DNA of 64,000 bases from Paracoccaceae bacterium (lineage in GTDB: Bacteria; Pseudomonadota; Alphaproteobacteria; Rhodobacterales; Rhodobacteraceae): NCBI GenBank assembly GCA_046348855.1, contig JAXMDK010000016.1, positions 36,721 through 100,720 of the forward strand, written 5' to 3'. Both the position numbers and the translations under genes were made by a program. Shown here one piece after another: positions 18,448-26,893 of this stretch. Numbering within the stretch: position 1 is the stretch's first letter; each line of letters begins with the position of its first letter. Below the pieces are notes generated by a model. That model saw nothing but the letters and a program-made list of their open reading frames with translations, had not been told where the DNA came from and ran no database searches.

Positions 18448-18529
18448 GGCCGCGCGGCTAAATAAGCTACCCGAGCGTCAGCCAACCGAACACAGCAAGC
18501 CGCAGCAGCTGCCCGGCGCCCCCCACTCC

Positions 18530-19018
18530 TCACCTCACCCCCTCCCGCTCCGCCTTCACCCGCTTCAGATATTCGATCCGCTCCCGCCGCCTGGCGCCGT
18601 CGGTCGCCGCCCGTTCCGCCGCTTCCTGCGCCGCCATCTCCTGCTGGATCAGGTCGAAGACCTCCCGCCTGAGGCTCCTCTCCTCCTCCTCGGGGGTCGG
18701 GCGGTAGCCGACCATCTCGGGGCCGGAGGCGAGGCCCGACAGCCGGGTCAGCATGAAGGCGCGCAGCACGTTGTTCATCCGCGTCAGATACCCCGGCCCC
18801 ATGGCGCGGAAGAAGCTCAGGATGTCCTCGTCGAGCCTCAAGGTCAGCTTGCGCTTCGGCGCCACGGCGGGGGCGCGCAGCATCTCGAACCAGGCGCGGG
18901 GCAGGCGGCGGCTGTCGTTCAGCCCCCAGCGCAGGTCGGCCTCCAGATCGCGCAGCGTGCAGGCCAGCCGGTGGTAGGCGATGGCCTTGTCGCGTCCGGC
19001 CTTGGTCAAATTGGTCAT
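18530..19018 (-). CDS. BrnA antitoxin family (DUF4415-like) protein
   Basis: KRKLTLRLDEDILSFFRAMGPGYLTRMNNVLR ribbon-helix-helix signature; AGGAGG upstream of ATG 19018. Confidence 0.8.
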   Translation of the reverse strand: MTNLTKAGRDKAIAYHRLACTLRDLEADLRWGLNDSRRLPRAWFEMLRAPAVAPKRKLTLRLDEDILSFFRAMGPGYLTRMNNVLRAFMLTRLSGLASGPEMVGYRPTPEEEERSLRREVFDLIQQEMAAQEAAERAATDGARRRERIEYLKRVKAEREGVR

Positions 19019-19181
19019 CGCGGCCCTCCTGCCTGTCGCGGACAGGATCACCGGGCGGGGGAAAGGCCGGGTAAAGGGACCGCGCGGCCTGTCGGGACGG
19101 AGGCGGGACGCGGACGGGACGGAAAGGGGACGGATTGCGCCCGCCGCTTCCAACAGGTCTTGGCAGGTGGGTCGGCATTTA

Positions 19182-19197
19182 TTATACATTCGTATAA
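19182..19197. promoter_or_regulatory. Palindromic operator candidate
   Basis: TTATAC-ATTC-GTATAA in an AT-rich patch 23 bp before the flavoenzyme ATG. Confidence 0.55.
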
Positions 19198-19220
19198 CAA
19201 ACCCTGCAGGAGCCCCGACC

Positions 19221-21296
19221 ATGCGCGACCCCCGCTACGACATCCTGTTCGAACCCGTCCGCATCGGTCCGCTGACCACCAAAAACCGCTTCTGGCAGGT
19301 GCCGCATTGCTCGGGCATGGGCTACCGCTATCCCAATGCCGAGGCGCGGATGCGGGGGATCAAGGCCGAGGGCGGCTGGGGGGTGATCTCGACCCAGGAA
19401 GCCGAGATCCATCCGACCTCGGACATCTCGCCGGCGAACGAGGCAAGGCTTTGGAATGGCGACGATATTCCGGCCTTGCGGCTGATGACCGACGCGGTCC
19501 ACGAACATGGCGCGCTGGCGGCGATCCAGCTGGTGCACAACGGCCTTCACACTGCCAACCGCTTCAGCCGGATGATCCCGCTGGCCCCGTCGCCGGCGCT
19601 TTATGACGGCAACGACCCGGTGCAGGCGCGGGCGATGGACAAGACCGACATCGCCGCCATGCGCCGCTGGTACGTGCAGGCGGCGCGGCGGGCGCGCGAG
19701 GCGGGGTTCGACGTGATCTATGTCTATGCCGGCCACGACATGAGCGTGCTGCAGCATTTCCTGTCCCGCCGCCACAACCACCGGACCGACGAATATGGCG
19801 GCAGCTTCGAAAACCGCCTGCGGCTGTTCCGCGAGGTGATCGGCGACGTGCGCGACGCGATCGGCGACCGCGCGGCGCTGGCGGTGCGGCTGGCGGTCGA
19901 CGAGCTGATGGGACCGGAAGGTATCACCTTCGACAGTGAAGGCCGCGATATCATCGCTGCGCTCGCCGAAGAGCCGGACGTGTGGGACGTGAACCTGTCG
20001 AACTGGTCGAACGACAGCCAGACCTCGCGCTTTTCCGACGAGGGTTTTCAGGAGCCGTACACCGCCTTCGTAAAGTCTGTGACGACGAAACCCGTGGTCG
20101 GCGTCGGCCGCTATACCAGCCCCGACAGCATGGTCCGGGTGGTCCGCAAGGGCATACTCGACTTCATCGGCGCGGCCCGACCGTCGATCGCCGACCCTTT
20201 CCTGCCCCGCAAGATCGAGGAAGGCCGGATCGACGACATCCGCGAATGCATCGGCTGCAACATCTGCACCTCGGGCGACAATACCTGCGTGCCGATGCGC
20301 TGCACCCAGAACCCGACGGTGGGCGAGGAATGGCGTCGCGGTTGGCATCCCGAACGGATCGCGCCGGCGGCCTCGCCCGAAGCCGCGCTGATCGTCGGTG
20401 GCGGGCCGGCGGGGCTCGAGGCGGCGCGGGCATTGGCCCAGCGCGGGGTCGAGGTGACGCTGGCCGAGGCCGGGACCGAATGGGGCGGCCGGGTCAGCCG
20501 CGAAGCCCGGTTGCCGGGACTGGCGGCCTGGGGGCGGGTGCGCGACTGGCGGCTGGGGCAACTGAAGAACCTGCCGAACGCGCAGATGTATCTGCAAAGC
20601 CCGCTCTCCGCCGACGACATCCTTGCCTATGGCATCGCCCATGTGGCGCTGGCCACCGGCGGGCGCTGGCGCGCCGACGGGGTCGGGCGCACCCACCGCC
20701 GGCCGCTGCATTTCATCGCCGAGGGCGCGGTGGTGACGCCGGACGATATGATGGACCGCGGGGCGGCGGCGGTCGCGGACCGGGGGCCGGTCGTGATCTT
20801 CGACGACGACTGGTTCTACATGGGCAGCCTGATGGCCGAGGTGGCGGCCCGCGCCGGGCGCGAGGTGACGCTGGTGACCTCCGACGTGATGGTCGGTTCG
20901 TTTTCGCAGAATACGCTGGAACAGATCCGCATCCAGAAGCAGCTTCTGGCGTTGGGGGTGCGGCTGCTGCCCAACCAGGCGCTGGCCGGGCGCGGATCGG
21001 ACTGGCTGGATCTGGCCTGCACCTATTCCGGCACCGCCCGGCGGATCGATTGCGGGGTGCTGGTCCCGGTGACGGCGCGGCTGCCGGTCGCGACGCTGTG
21101 GGACGAGCTGAAGGCGCGCGAATCCGAATGGGCCGATGCCGGGCTGAAAAGCGTGACGCGGATCGGCGATTGCCTGGCACCGGGCACGATTGCCGCCGCC
21201 AACCATTCGGGCCACCTTTATGCGCGAACCTATGGCGAGGTGCCGGACCCCGACGCCACCCCCTTCCGGCGCGAGGATCTGGCGCGGATCTACTGA
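19221..21296 (+). CDS. Trimethylamine/dimethylamine/histamine dehydrogenase-like flavoenzyme (OYE barrel, 4Fe-4S, nucleotide-binding domain)
   Basis: MRDPRYDILFEP, QVPHC (covalent FMN Cys), YVYAGH, CIGCNIC...CTQN, GGGPAGLE. Confidence 0.88.
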   Translation: MRDPRYDILFEPVRIGPLTTKNRFWQVPHCSGMGYRYPNAEARMRGIKAEGGWGVISTQEAEIHPTSDISPANEARLWNGDDIPALRLMTDAVHEHGALAAIQLVHNGLHTANRFSRMIPLAPSPALYDGNDPVQARAMDKTDIAAMRRWYVQAARRAREAGFDVIYVYAGHDMSVLQHFLSRRHNHRTDEYGGSFENRLRLFREVIGDVRDAIGDRAALAVRLAVDELMGPEGITFDSEGRDIIAALAEEPDVWDVNLSNWSNDSQTSRFSDEGFQEPYTAFVKSVTTKPVVGVGRYTSPDSMVRVVRKGILDFIGAARPSIADPFLPRKIEEGRIDDIRECIGCNICTSGDNTCVPMRCTQNPTVGEEWRRGWHPERIAPAASPEAALIVGGGPAGLEAARALAQRGVEVTLAEAGTEWGGRVSREARLPGLAAWGRVRDWRLGQLKNLPNAQMYLQSPLSADDILAYGIAHVALATGGRWRADGVGRTHRRPLHFIAEGAVVTPDDMMDRGAAAVADRGPVVIFDDDWFYMGSLMAEVAARAGREVTLVTSDVMVGSFSQNTLEQIRIQKQLLALGVRLLPNQALAGRGSDWLDLACTYSGTARRIDCGVLVPVTARLPVATLWDELKARESEWADAGLKSVTRIGDCLAPGTIAAANHSGHLYARTYGEVPDPDATPFRREDLARIY

Positions 21297-22045
21297 GCCG
21301 CCAGCACCAGCCAGCCGGCCAGTTCCGCGACCTGCTGGGTCGCGCCTAGCACATCGCCGGTCTGCCCGCCGATCTTGCGGCGGGCAAGCAGCCCCAGCCC
21401 GGCGGCAGCGGCTGCCATGACCGGCAGGGCCAGCCATTTTCCGGCCGGCAGGCACAGGGCAAGCGCCACGACGCCCAAGCCGACCGCGGCCGCGACCCGG
21501 GCGGGTTCGATCCCGCCCGCCGCCCGGCCCAGCCCGTCCGGCCGCGCCGGCGGCAGAAGCCACAGCGCAACCGGCATGGCGGCGCGGCTGGCGGCTGACA
21601 GGCCGACCAGCGCCGCGCCACCCATACCGTGCGGCAGGCTGGCCAGCGCCCCCACCCGGATCAGCAGGGAAAAGCCCAAGGCCAGCGCGCCATAGCTGCC
21701 GATCCGGCTGTCGCGCATGATCTCCAGCCGCCGCGCGGCATCGCGCCCGCCCCAGAATCCGTCGGCCAGATCGGCCAGCCCATCCTCGTGCAATCCGCCG
21801 GTGGCAAGGACCAGCGCCAGGATTGCCAGCGCCGCCGCCAGGAACGGCGGCAGGCCGGCCCGCAGCGCCGCGCAATCGACGATGGCCGCGATCAGCCCGA
21901 TGGTGGCCCCGACCAGCGGCCAGGCCCAGGCCGAGGCGCCCATCGCCGGCGCCTCGCCCCTTATCCGCCCGACCGGCAGGCGGCTGAGCGTCAGGAACGC
22001 CATCCTGAGTTCATCCAGCACCCGCGCGGCCGGAGCGGAGGTCAT
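21290..22045 (-). CDS. cobS: Adenosylcobinamide-GDP ribazoletransferase (cobalamin synthase, CobS/CobV)
   Basis: TGGLHEDGLADLADG, IMRDSRIGSYG, GGQTGDVLGA. Confidence 0.95.
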   Translation of the reverse strand: MTSAPAARVLDELRMAFLTLSRLPVGRIRGEAPAMGASAWAWPLVGATIGLIAAIVDCAALRAGLPPFLAAALAILALVLATGGLHEDGLADLADGFWGGRDAARRLEIMRDSRIGSYGALALGFSLLIRVGALASLPHGMGGAALVGLSAASRAAMPVALWLLPPARPDGLGRAAGGIEPARVAAAVGLGVVALALCLPAGKWLALPVMAAAAAGLGLLARRKIGGQTGDVLGATQQVAELAGWLVLAAQ

Positions 22046-23058
22046 GCCTCGGACACGCCGGCTTCGCCAAAGGTGGCCATGCCGTTGTGGCAGGCCAGCG
22101 CCGACCGCACGATGCCGAGCGCCAACGCCGCACCCGAGCCTTCGCCCAGCCGCATGTCGAATTCCAGCACCGGTCGCTTGCCGATCGCGGCCAGAAGCTT
22201 GCGGTGGCCGGGTTCGGCGCTGGCATGGCCGACAAGGCAATGGTCCAGAAGCCGCGGATCGGCCACCGCCAGCACCGCCGCCGCCGCCGTACAGATGAAC
22301 CCGTCGAGGATGACCGGCACCCGCGCCGCCCGTGCCGCCAGCACCGCGCCGCAGATCGCCGCCTGTTCGCGCCCGCCGAGCGCCGCGAGAATCGCCCCGG
22401 CATCGCCTTTCGTCCCGGCATGGAGCGCGAGGCCGCGTTCGATCGCGCCGACCTTCCGGGCGATTCCGGCCGTGTCAGAGCCGGTTCCGGGGCCGACCCA
22501 GTCCCGCGCCGCGCCGCCGAAGCAGGCCGAGGCCAGCGCCGCCGCGACCGTCGAATTGCCGATGCCCATTTCGCCCAGGATCAGGATGTCGGCGCCCTCG
22601 TCCACCGCCGCCGCACCACGGTTCAATGCCTCAAGCGTTTCCACCTCGGTCATCGCCGGACCTTCGGTGAAATCGGCGGTCGGCTGGTCGAGATCGAGCG
22701 CGATGACGTTCAGGTCGGCCCCGTTCACCCGGCAAAGCTGGTTGATCGCTGCGCCGCCCGCCTGGAAGTTCGCCACCATCTGCGCGGTCACTTCCTGCGG
22801 ATAGGGGTTCACGCCCTGGGCGCAGATGCCGTGGTTGCCGGCAAAGACCAGCGCCTGCGCCCGCCAGATTTCCGGCCGCACGGTGGCGCGCCAGGTGGCC
22901 ATGAACTCGGCGATCTCCTCCAGCCGGCCCAGCGACCCCGGCGGCTTGGTCAGGCTGTTCTGCCGAGCCCGGGCACCCTCGGCGGCCGCCGTGTCGGCGG
23001 CGGGCAGGCGGGCGGCCAGCCCGGGCAGGTCGGAAAGGGAGGCAAGCGTGTAGGTCAT
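22042..23058 (-). CDS. cobT: Nicotinate-nucleotide--DMB phosphoribosyltransferase
   Basis: LTKPPGSLGRLE, GEMGIGNST, RLGEGSGA. Confidence 0.96.
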   Translation of the reverse strand: MTYTLASLSDLPGLAARLPAADTAAAEGARARQNSLTKPPGSLGRLEEIAEFMATWRATVRPEIWRAQALVFAGNHGICAQGVNPYPQEVTAQMVANFQAGGAAINQLCRVNGADLNVIALDLDQPTADFTEGPAMTEVETLEALNRGAAAVDEGADILILGEMGIGNSTVAAALASACFGGAARDWVGPGTGSDTAGIARKVGAIERGLALHAGTKGDAGAILAALGGREQAAICGAVLAARAARVPVILDGFICTAAAAVLAVADPRLLDHCLVGHASAEPGHRKLLAAIGKRPVLEFDMRLGEGSGAALALGIVRSALACHNGMATFGEAGVSEA

Positions 23059-23059
23059 G

Positions 23060-23566
23060 TCATTTCACCTTCAGGGGCAGGCCGGCGACGGCGAGGATGA
23101 CTTCATCCGCGACCGCCGCGACCTGCTGGTTAATCTGCCCGGCCGCATCGCGGAAATCACGGGCAAGTCTGTTTTCCGGCACGATCCCCGCGCCGACTTC
23201 GTTGGTGACGATCACCACCGGATCGGTCTGTCGCGGCAGGACCGCGCAAAGGTCGCGCCCCGCTGCCTGCCAGTCCTGCCCGGCCAGCATCAGGTTGGTC
23301 AGCCACAGCGTCAGGCAGTCGATCAGGCGCGGCCCGTGGCCGTCCGTCGCCCGCAGCGCGCCGGGCAGATCGAAGGGCGCGGGATGGTCGGTCCATTCCG
23401 GCCCCCGCCGCGCCCGGTGGGCGGCGACCCGCGCCGCCATTTCGCCGTCGCGCACCTCGGCGGTGGCGATGTAGGTCGCGCGCGGGCCGAAGGACAGCGC
23501 CTTCGTCTCGGCAATGACGCTTTTGCCCGACCGCGCGCCTCCGGTGATAAGTATCGTCTTGCCCAT
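23060..23566 (-). CDS. cobU: Adenosylcobinamide kinase / guanylyltransferase (CobU/CobP)
   Basis: TGGARSGKS, DCLTLWLTN, TNEVGAGIVP, AGLPL. Confidence 0.95.
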   Translation of the reverse strand: MGKTILITGGARSGKSVIAETKALSFGPRATYIATAEVRDGEMAARVAAHRARRGPEWTDHPAPFDLPGALRATDGHGPRLIDCLTLWLTNLMLAGQDWQAAGRDLCAVLPRQTDPVVIVTNEVGAGIVPENRLARDFRDAAGQINQQVAAVADEVILAVAGLPLKVK

Positions 23567-23617
23567 GGCCCGGTGACAAAGCAGAAACGGGCCGGCCACG
23601 GAAGGGGGAATGCGACA

Positions 23618-24196
23618 GTGGAAGGGGCGGGCGCGACAGAGCTTATTTTGATCCGCCATGCGCCGGCGCTGAACGGCGGGCGGCTGTGCGGACGCACCGA
23701 TGTCGCCGCCGACCTGAGCGATGCTGCGGCCGTCGCGGCGACGGCACGGGCACTCGGCCGGCCGGTGCGGCTGGTGGTCAGCCCGGCGCTCCGCTGCCGG
23801 CAGACGGCCGGCGCACTGTGGCCGGGCCTTGCCGCCATTTCCGATCCGCGCCTGTGGGAACAGGATTTCGGCCGCTGGGATGGCCGCCCGCTGGCCGACC
23901 TGCCCGATCTCGGCCCCCTGTCGCGCGCCGAACTGGCCGCGCATCGCCCGCCCGAAGGGGAAAGCTTCGCCGATCTCTGCGCCCGCGTGGCACCGGCCAT
24001 CGCCGCCATCGCCGCCGAAGGGCCAGCGACCATCGTCGCTCATGCCGGGATCGTGCGGGCCGCGCTGGCCCTGGCGCTCGGCGATGGCGCGGCGGGGCTC
24101 GGCTTCCAGGTCGCGCCCCTGTCGGTCACGCGGCTGGTCGCGTTGGGCGGCGGACACTGGTCGATCGGTTCGGTCAACTGGACAGCGCCGGCATGA
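23618..24196 (+). CDS. Histidine phosphatase family (BluF / CobC-like ribazole phosphatase)
   Basis: LIRHAP, EQDFGRWDG, GESF, VAHAG; first gene of a blu-type operon; GTG start assumed. Confidence 0.85.
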   Translation: MEGAGATELILIRHAPALNGGRLCGRTDVAADLSDAAAVAATARALGRPVRLVVSPALRCRQTAGALWPGLAAISDPRLWEQDFGRWDGRPLADLPDLGPLSRAELAAHRPPEGESFADLCARVAPAIAAIAAEGPATIVAHAGIVRAALALALGDGAAGLGFQVAPLSVTRLVALGGGHWSIGSVNWTAPA

Positions 24197-24987
24197 TCCG
24201 CGTCGAGGGGCATTTCGGCGAACTGATGCAGGGCCGGATCGGGCCGGGAGGGCCGGTGGCTTTGGTCAGCCTGCCCTGTCCGGCGCTGGCGGTCGAGGCG
24301 CAGCGCTCGCCGTTGGCCGATCCGCACGGGCTTCTGGCGCCGGGGCGGGCGCGGGCGCTGTTGGCGGCGCTGGACCTGCCCGACCCCGGCCCCTTCACAC
24401 TGACCGCGACGATGCCGCGCGGCGGCGGCGCCGGGGCCTCGACGGCGGCGCTGGTGGCGCTGGCCCGTCTGGCCGGATCGGACCATGCCCCCGACGCGCT
24501 GGCCCGCGCCTGTGTCGCCGTCGAAGGCGCCAGCGATCCGCTGATGTATCCCGCGCCCGAAAGGCTGCTCTGGGCCTCGCGGCGGGCCGAGGTGCTGGCG
24601 ACCCTGCCGCCCCTGCCCCGCCTGGCGGTGATCGGCGGCTTTCACGGGCCGAACCGGCGCACCGATCCCTTGGACGACGACTTTCCCGACATCGCCGATC
24701 TGGTCGGCCCATGGGAACGGGCGGCGGCGGCCGGCGACCTTCGCACCATCGCCCGGCTCGCCAGCACCTCGGCCCGCCGGACGCTGGAGCGCCGTGGCCC
24801 GCACCCGGACCCGACCGAGGCGGTGGCCGAAGCCGCCGGGGCCCTGGGCTTTGTCATTGCCCATACCGGATCGGCCCGAGGGCTGATATTCCCCGAAGGA
24901 TCGATTCCCCTTTCGGCGCACGACCGGCTTGCCCGCGCCGGTTTCCGGCGGATTGTGAGTTTTGCGGTGGGAGGTTGTGCAGGATGA
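24193..24987 (+). CDS. bluE: L-threonine kinase (BluE/PduX-like, GHMP family)
   Basis: GHFGELMQG, PRGGGAGASTA, AHTGSARG; lies between the phosphatase and cbiB. Confidence 0.82.
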   Translation: MIRVEGHFGELMQGRIGPGGPVALVSLPCPALAVEAQRSPLADPHGLLAPGRARALLAALDLPDPGPFTLTATMPRGGGAGASTAALVALARLAGSDHAPDALARACVAVEGASDPLMYPAPERLLWASRRAEVLATLPPLPRLAVIGGFHGPNRRTDPLDDDFPDIADLVGPWERAAAAGDLRTIARLASTSARRTLERRGPHPDPTEAVAEAAGALGFVIAHTGSARGLIFPEGSIPLSAHDRLARAGFRRIVSFAVGGCAG

Positions 24988-25925
24988 CGAATGCCGGGAT
25001 CATGCTGGTCGCGCTGGCCATCGAGGCCGTCGTGGGCTGGCCGGATGTCCTCTTTGCCATGATCGGCCATCCGGTGACCTGGATCGGCCGGCTTATCACC
25101 CGGCTGGACAAATGGCTGAACCTCGCCGGGACCGATGAAAACGACCGGCGACTGGCCGGGGTGGCGGCGGCGCTGCTGGTGATCGTGGTGGCGGCGATCG
25201 CCGGGATGATCCTGCGCTGGCTGCTGCCGGAGACGCTGACGGGCCTGCTGATCGCGGCGGTGATCTGCTGGCCGCTGCTGGCGGCGCGGTCGCTTTACAC
25301 CCATGTCGCCGCCGTGGCCCGGCCGCTGGCCGAGGGCGACCTGATCGCGGCGCGGGCGGCGGTGGCCCGCGTCGTCGGACGCGACCCGCAGCAGCTGGAC
25401 GAAGCGGGGGTGGCCCGCGCCGCCCTGGAAAGCCTGGCCGAAAATGCCTCGGACGGGGTGATCGCGCCGCTTTTCTGGGGGGTGCTGTTCGGCCTGCCCG
25501 GCATTGCCGCCTACAAGGCGATCAACACGCTGGATTCGATGATCGGCCACAAGACGCCGCGCCACATGGCCTTCGGCTGGGCGGCGGCGCGGATCGACGA
25601 CCTGGCCAACCTGATACCGGCCCGGCTGACCGGGCTTCTGTTCGCGGCGACCTCACCCAATGCGCCGGCCGCGTTCGGCTGCATGGTGCGCGACGCCGGC
25701 AAGCACCGCTCGCCCAACGCCGGCTGGCCCGAGGCGGCAATGGCCGCGTCGCTGGGCGTGCGGCTGTCGGGGCCGCGCACCTATGACGATCATGTCGCCG
25801 ACGAACCCTGGATCAACGGCGAGGCGCCCGACCCCGGCGCGCGCGACCTGGAACGCGGCCTGCGCCACTACCGGACGATGATGCTGGCGGTGGCGGCGCT
25901 CTTGGCCATCCTCTGGCTGGTCTGA
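24984..25925 (+). CDS. cbiB: Adenosylcobinamide-phosphate synthase (CbiB/CobD)
   Basis: HPVTWIG, ESLAENASDG, YKAINTLDSMIG, SPNAGWPEAA. Confidence 0.95.
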   Translation: MTNAGIMLVALAIEAVVGWPDVLFAMIGHPVTWIGRLITRLDKWLNLAGTDENDRRLAGVAAALLVIVVAAIAGMILRWLLPETLTGLLIAAVICWPLLAARSLYTHVAAVARPLAEGDLIAARAAVARVVGRDPQQLDEAGVARAALESLAENASDGVIAPLFWGVLFGLPGIAAYKAINTLDSMIGHKTPRHMAFGWAAARIDDLANLIPARLTGLLFAATSPNAPAAFGCMVRDAGKHRSPNAGWPEAAMAASLGVRLSGPRTYDDHVADEPWINGEAPDPGARDLERGLRHYRTMMLAVAALLAILWLV

Positions 25926-25927
25926 CG

Positions 25928-26893
25928 ATGCGCGACCACGGCGGCAACATCGACCGGGCGGTCGGGATCTTCGGTGGACCGGCGGCGGACTGGATCGACC
26001 TGTCGACCGGCATCAACCGGGTGCCCTACCCGCTGCCGGCCCTGCCCGCCACTGCCTGGACGCAACTGCCGACAGCCAGCGCGCGCGACGGGCTGATCGC
26101 CGCCGCCCGCGCCGCCTACGGCACATCGGCGGCGATCCTGCCGGTGGCTGGCGCCCAGGGGGCGATCCAGATGATCCCCCGGCTCGGGCCGCCCGGACTG
26201 GCACGGGTGCTGTCGCCGACCTACAACGAACATGCCGCAAGTCTGTCGGCGGCGGGCTGGCGGGTCGAAACCGTCTCTGATCCAGCCGAAATCGCCGGGG
26301 CCGACCTGGGTGTGATTGTCAATCCGAACAACCCCGACGGGCGGGAAAGCACACCCGCGGCGCTCCGCGATCTGGCGGGAAAGGTCGGGCGGCTGGTCGT
26401 CGACGAAAGCTTTGCCGACATGACGCCCGGCCTGTCGGTCGCCGCTTCGGCCGGGCAGCCGGGGCTTCTGGTGCTGCGGTCGTTCGGCAAGTTCTACGGG
26501 CTGGCCGGGCTGCGGCTGGGCTTCGTGCTGGGCGATGAGGCCGAGATCGCCCGACTGGCGGCGATGGCCGGCCCCTGGCCGGTGTCGGGCGCGGCAATCG
26601 AGGTCGGGCGCGTGGCGCTGGCCGACCGGGCCTGGGCCGCCGCAACCATCGCCCGCCTGCAGGACGAAGCGCACCGGGTCGACGGGCTGGCGGCACGGGC
26701 GGGCTGGCAGCCGCTTGGTGGCACCACGCTCTTTCGCCTCTACGATACGCCCGATGCACCCGCCGCGCAGGCGCGGCTGGCACGGGCGCGGATCTGGTCG
26801 CGGATCTTTCCGTGGTCGGCCCGCTGGCTGCGGCTGGGGCTGCCCGGCGGCGACGCCGAATGGGCGCGCCTGGAACGGGCGCTGGCAGTCTAA
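25928..26893 (+). CDS. cobD: Threonine-phosphate decarboxylase
   Basis: RDHGG, DLSTGIN, NPNNPDG, RSFGKFYGLAGLRLG. Confidence 0.93.
   Translation: MRDHGGNIDRAVGIFGGPAADWIDLSTGINRVPYPLPALPATAWTQLPTASARDGLIAAARAAYGTSAAILPVAGAQGAIQMIPRLGPPGLARVLSPTYNEHAASLSAAGWRVETVSDPAEIAGADLGVIVNPNNPDGRESTPAALRDLAGKVGRLVVDESFADMTPGLSVAASAGQPGLLVLRSFGKFYGLAGLRLGFVLGDEAEIARLAAMAGPWPVSGAAIEVGRVALADRAWAAATIARLQDEAHRVDGLAARAGWQPLGGTTLFRLYDTPDAPAAQARLARARIWSRIFPWSARWLRLGLPGGDAEWARLERALAV

Noticed and set aside
19182-21875. 897-aa minus-strand ORF and similar long antisense ORFs (2224-4113, 9306-11240, 12639-14168, 39844-42069)
   Set aside because: They lie opposite well-supported genes, have no recognisable motifs, and are expected in high-GC DNA with few stop codons.
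2932-26893. Functional coupling of tdh/kbl with the Thr kinase and decarboxylase of B12 synthesis
   Set aside because: They are about 19 kb apart with unrelated genes between them, and no shared regulatory motif was seen.
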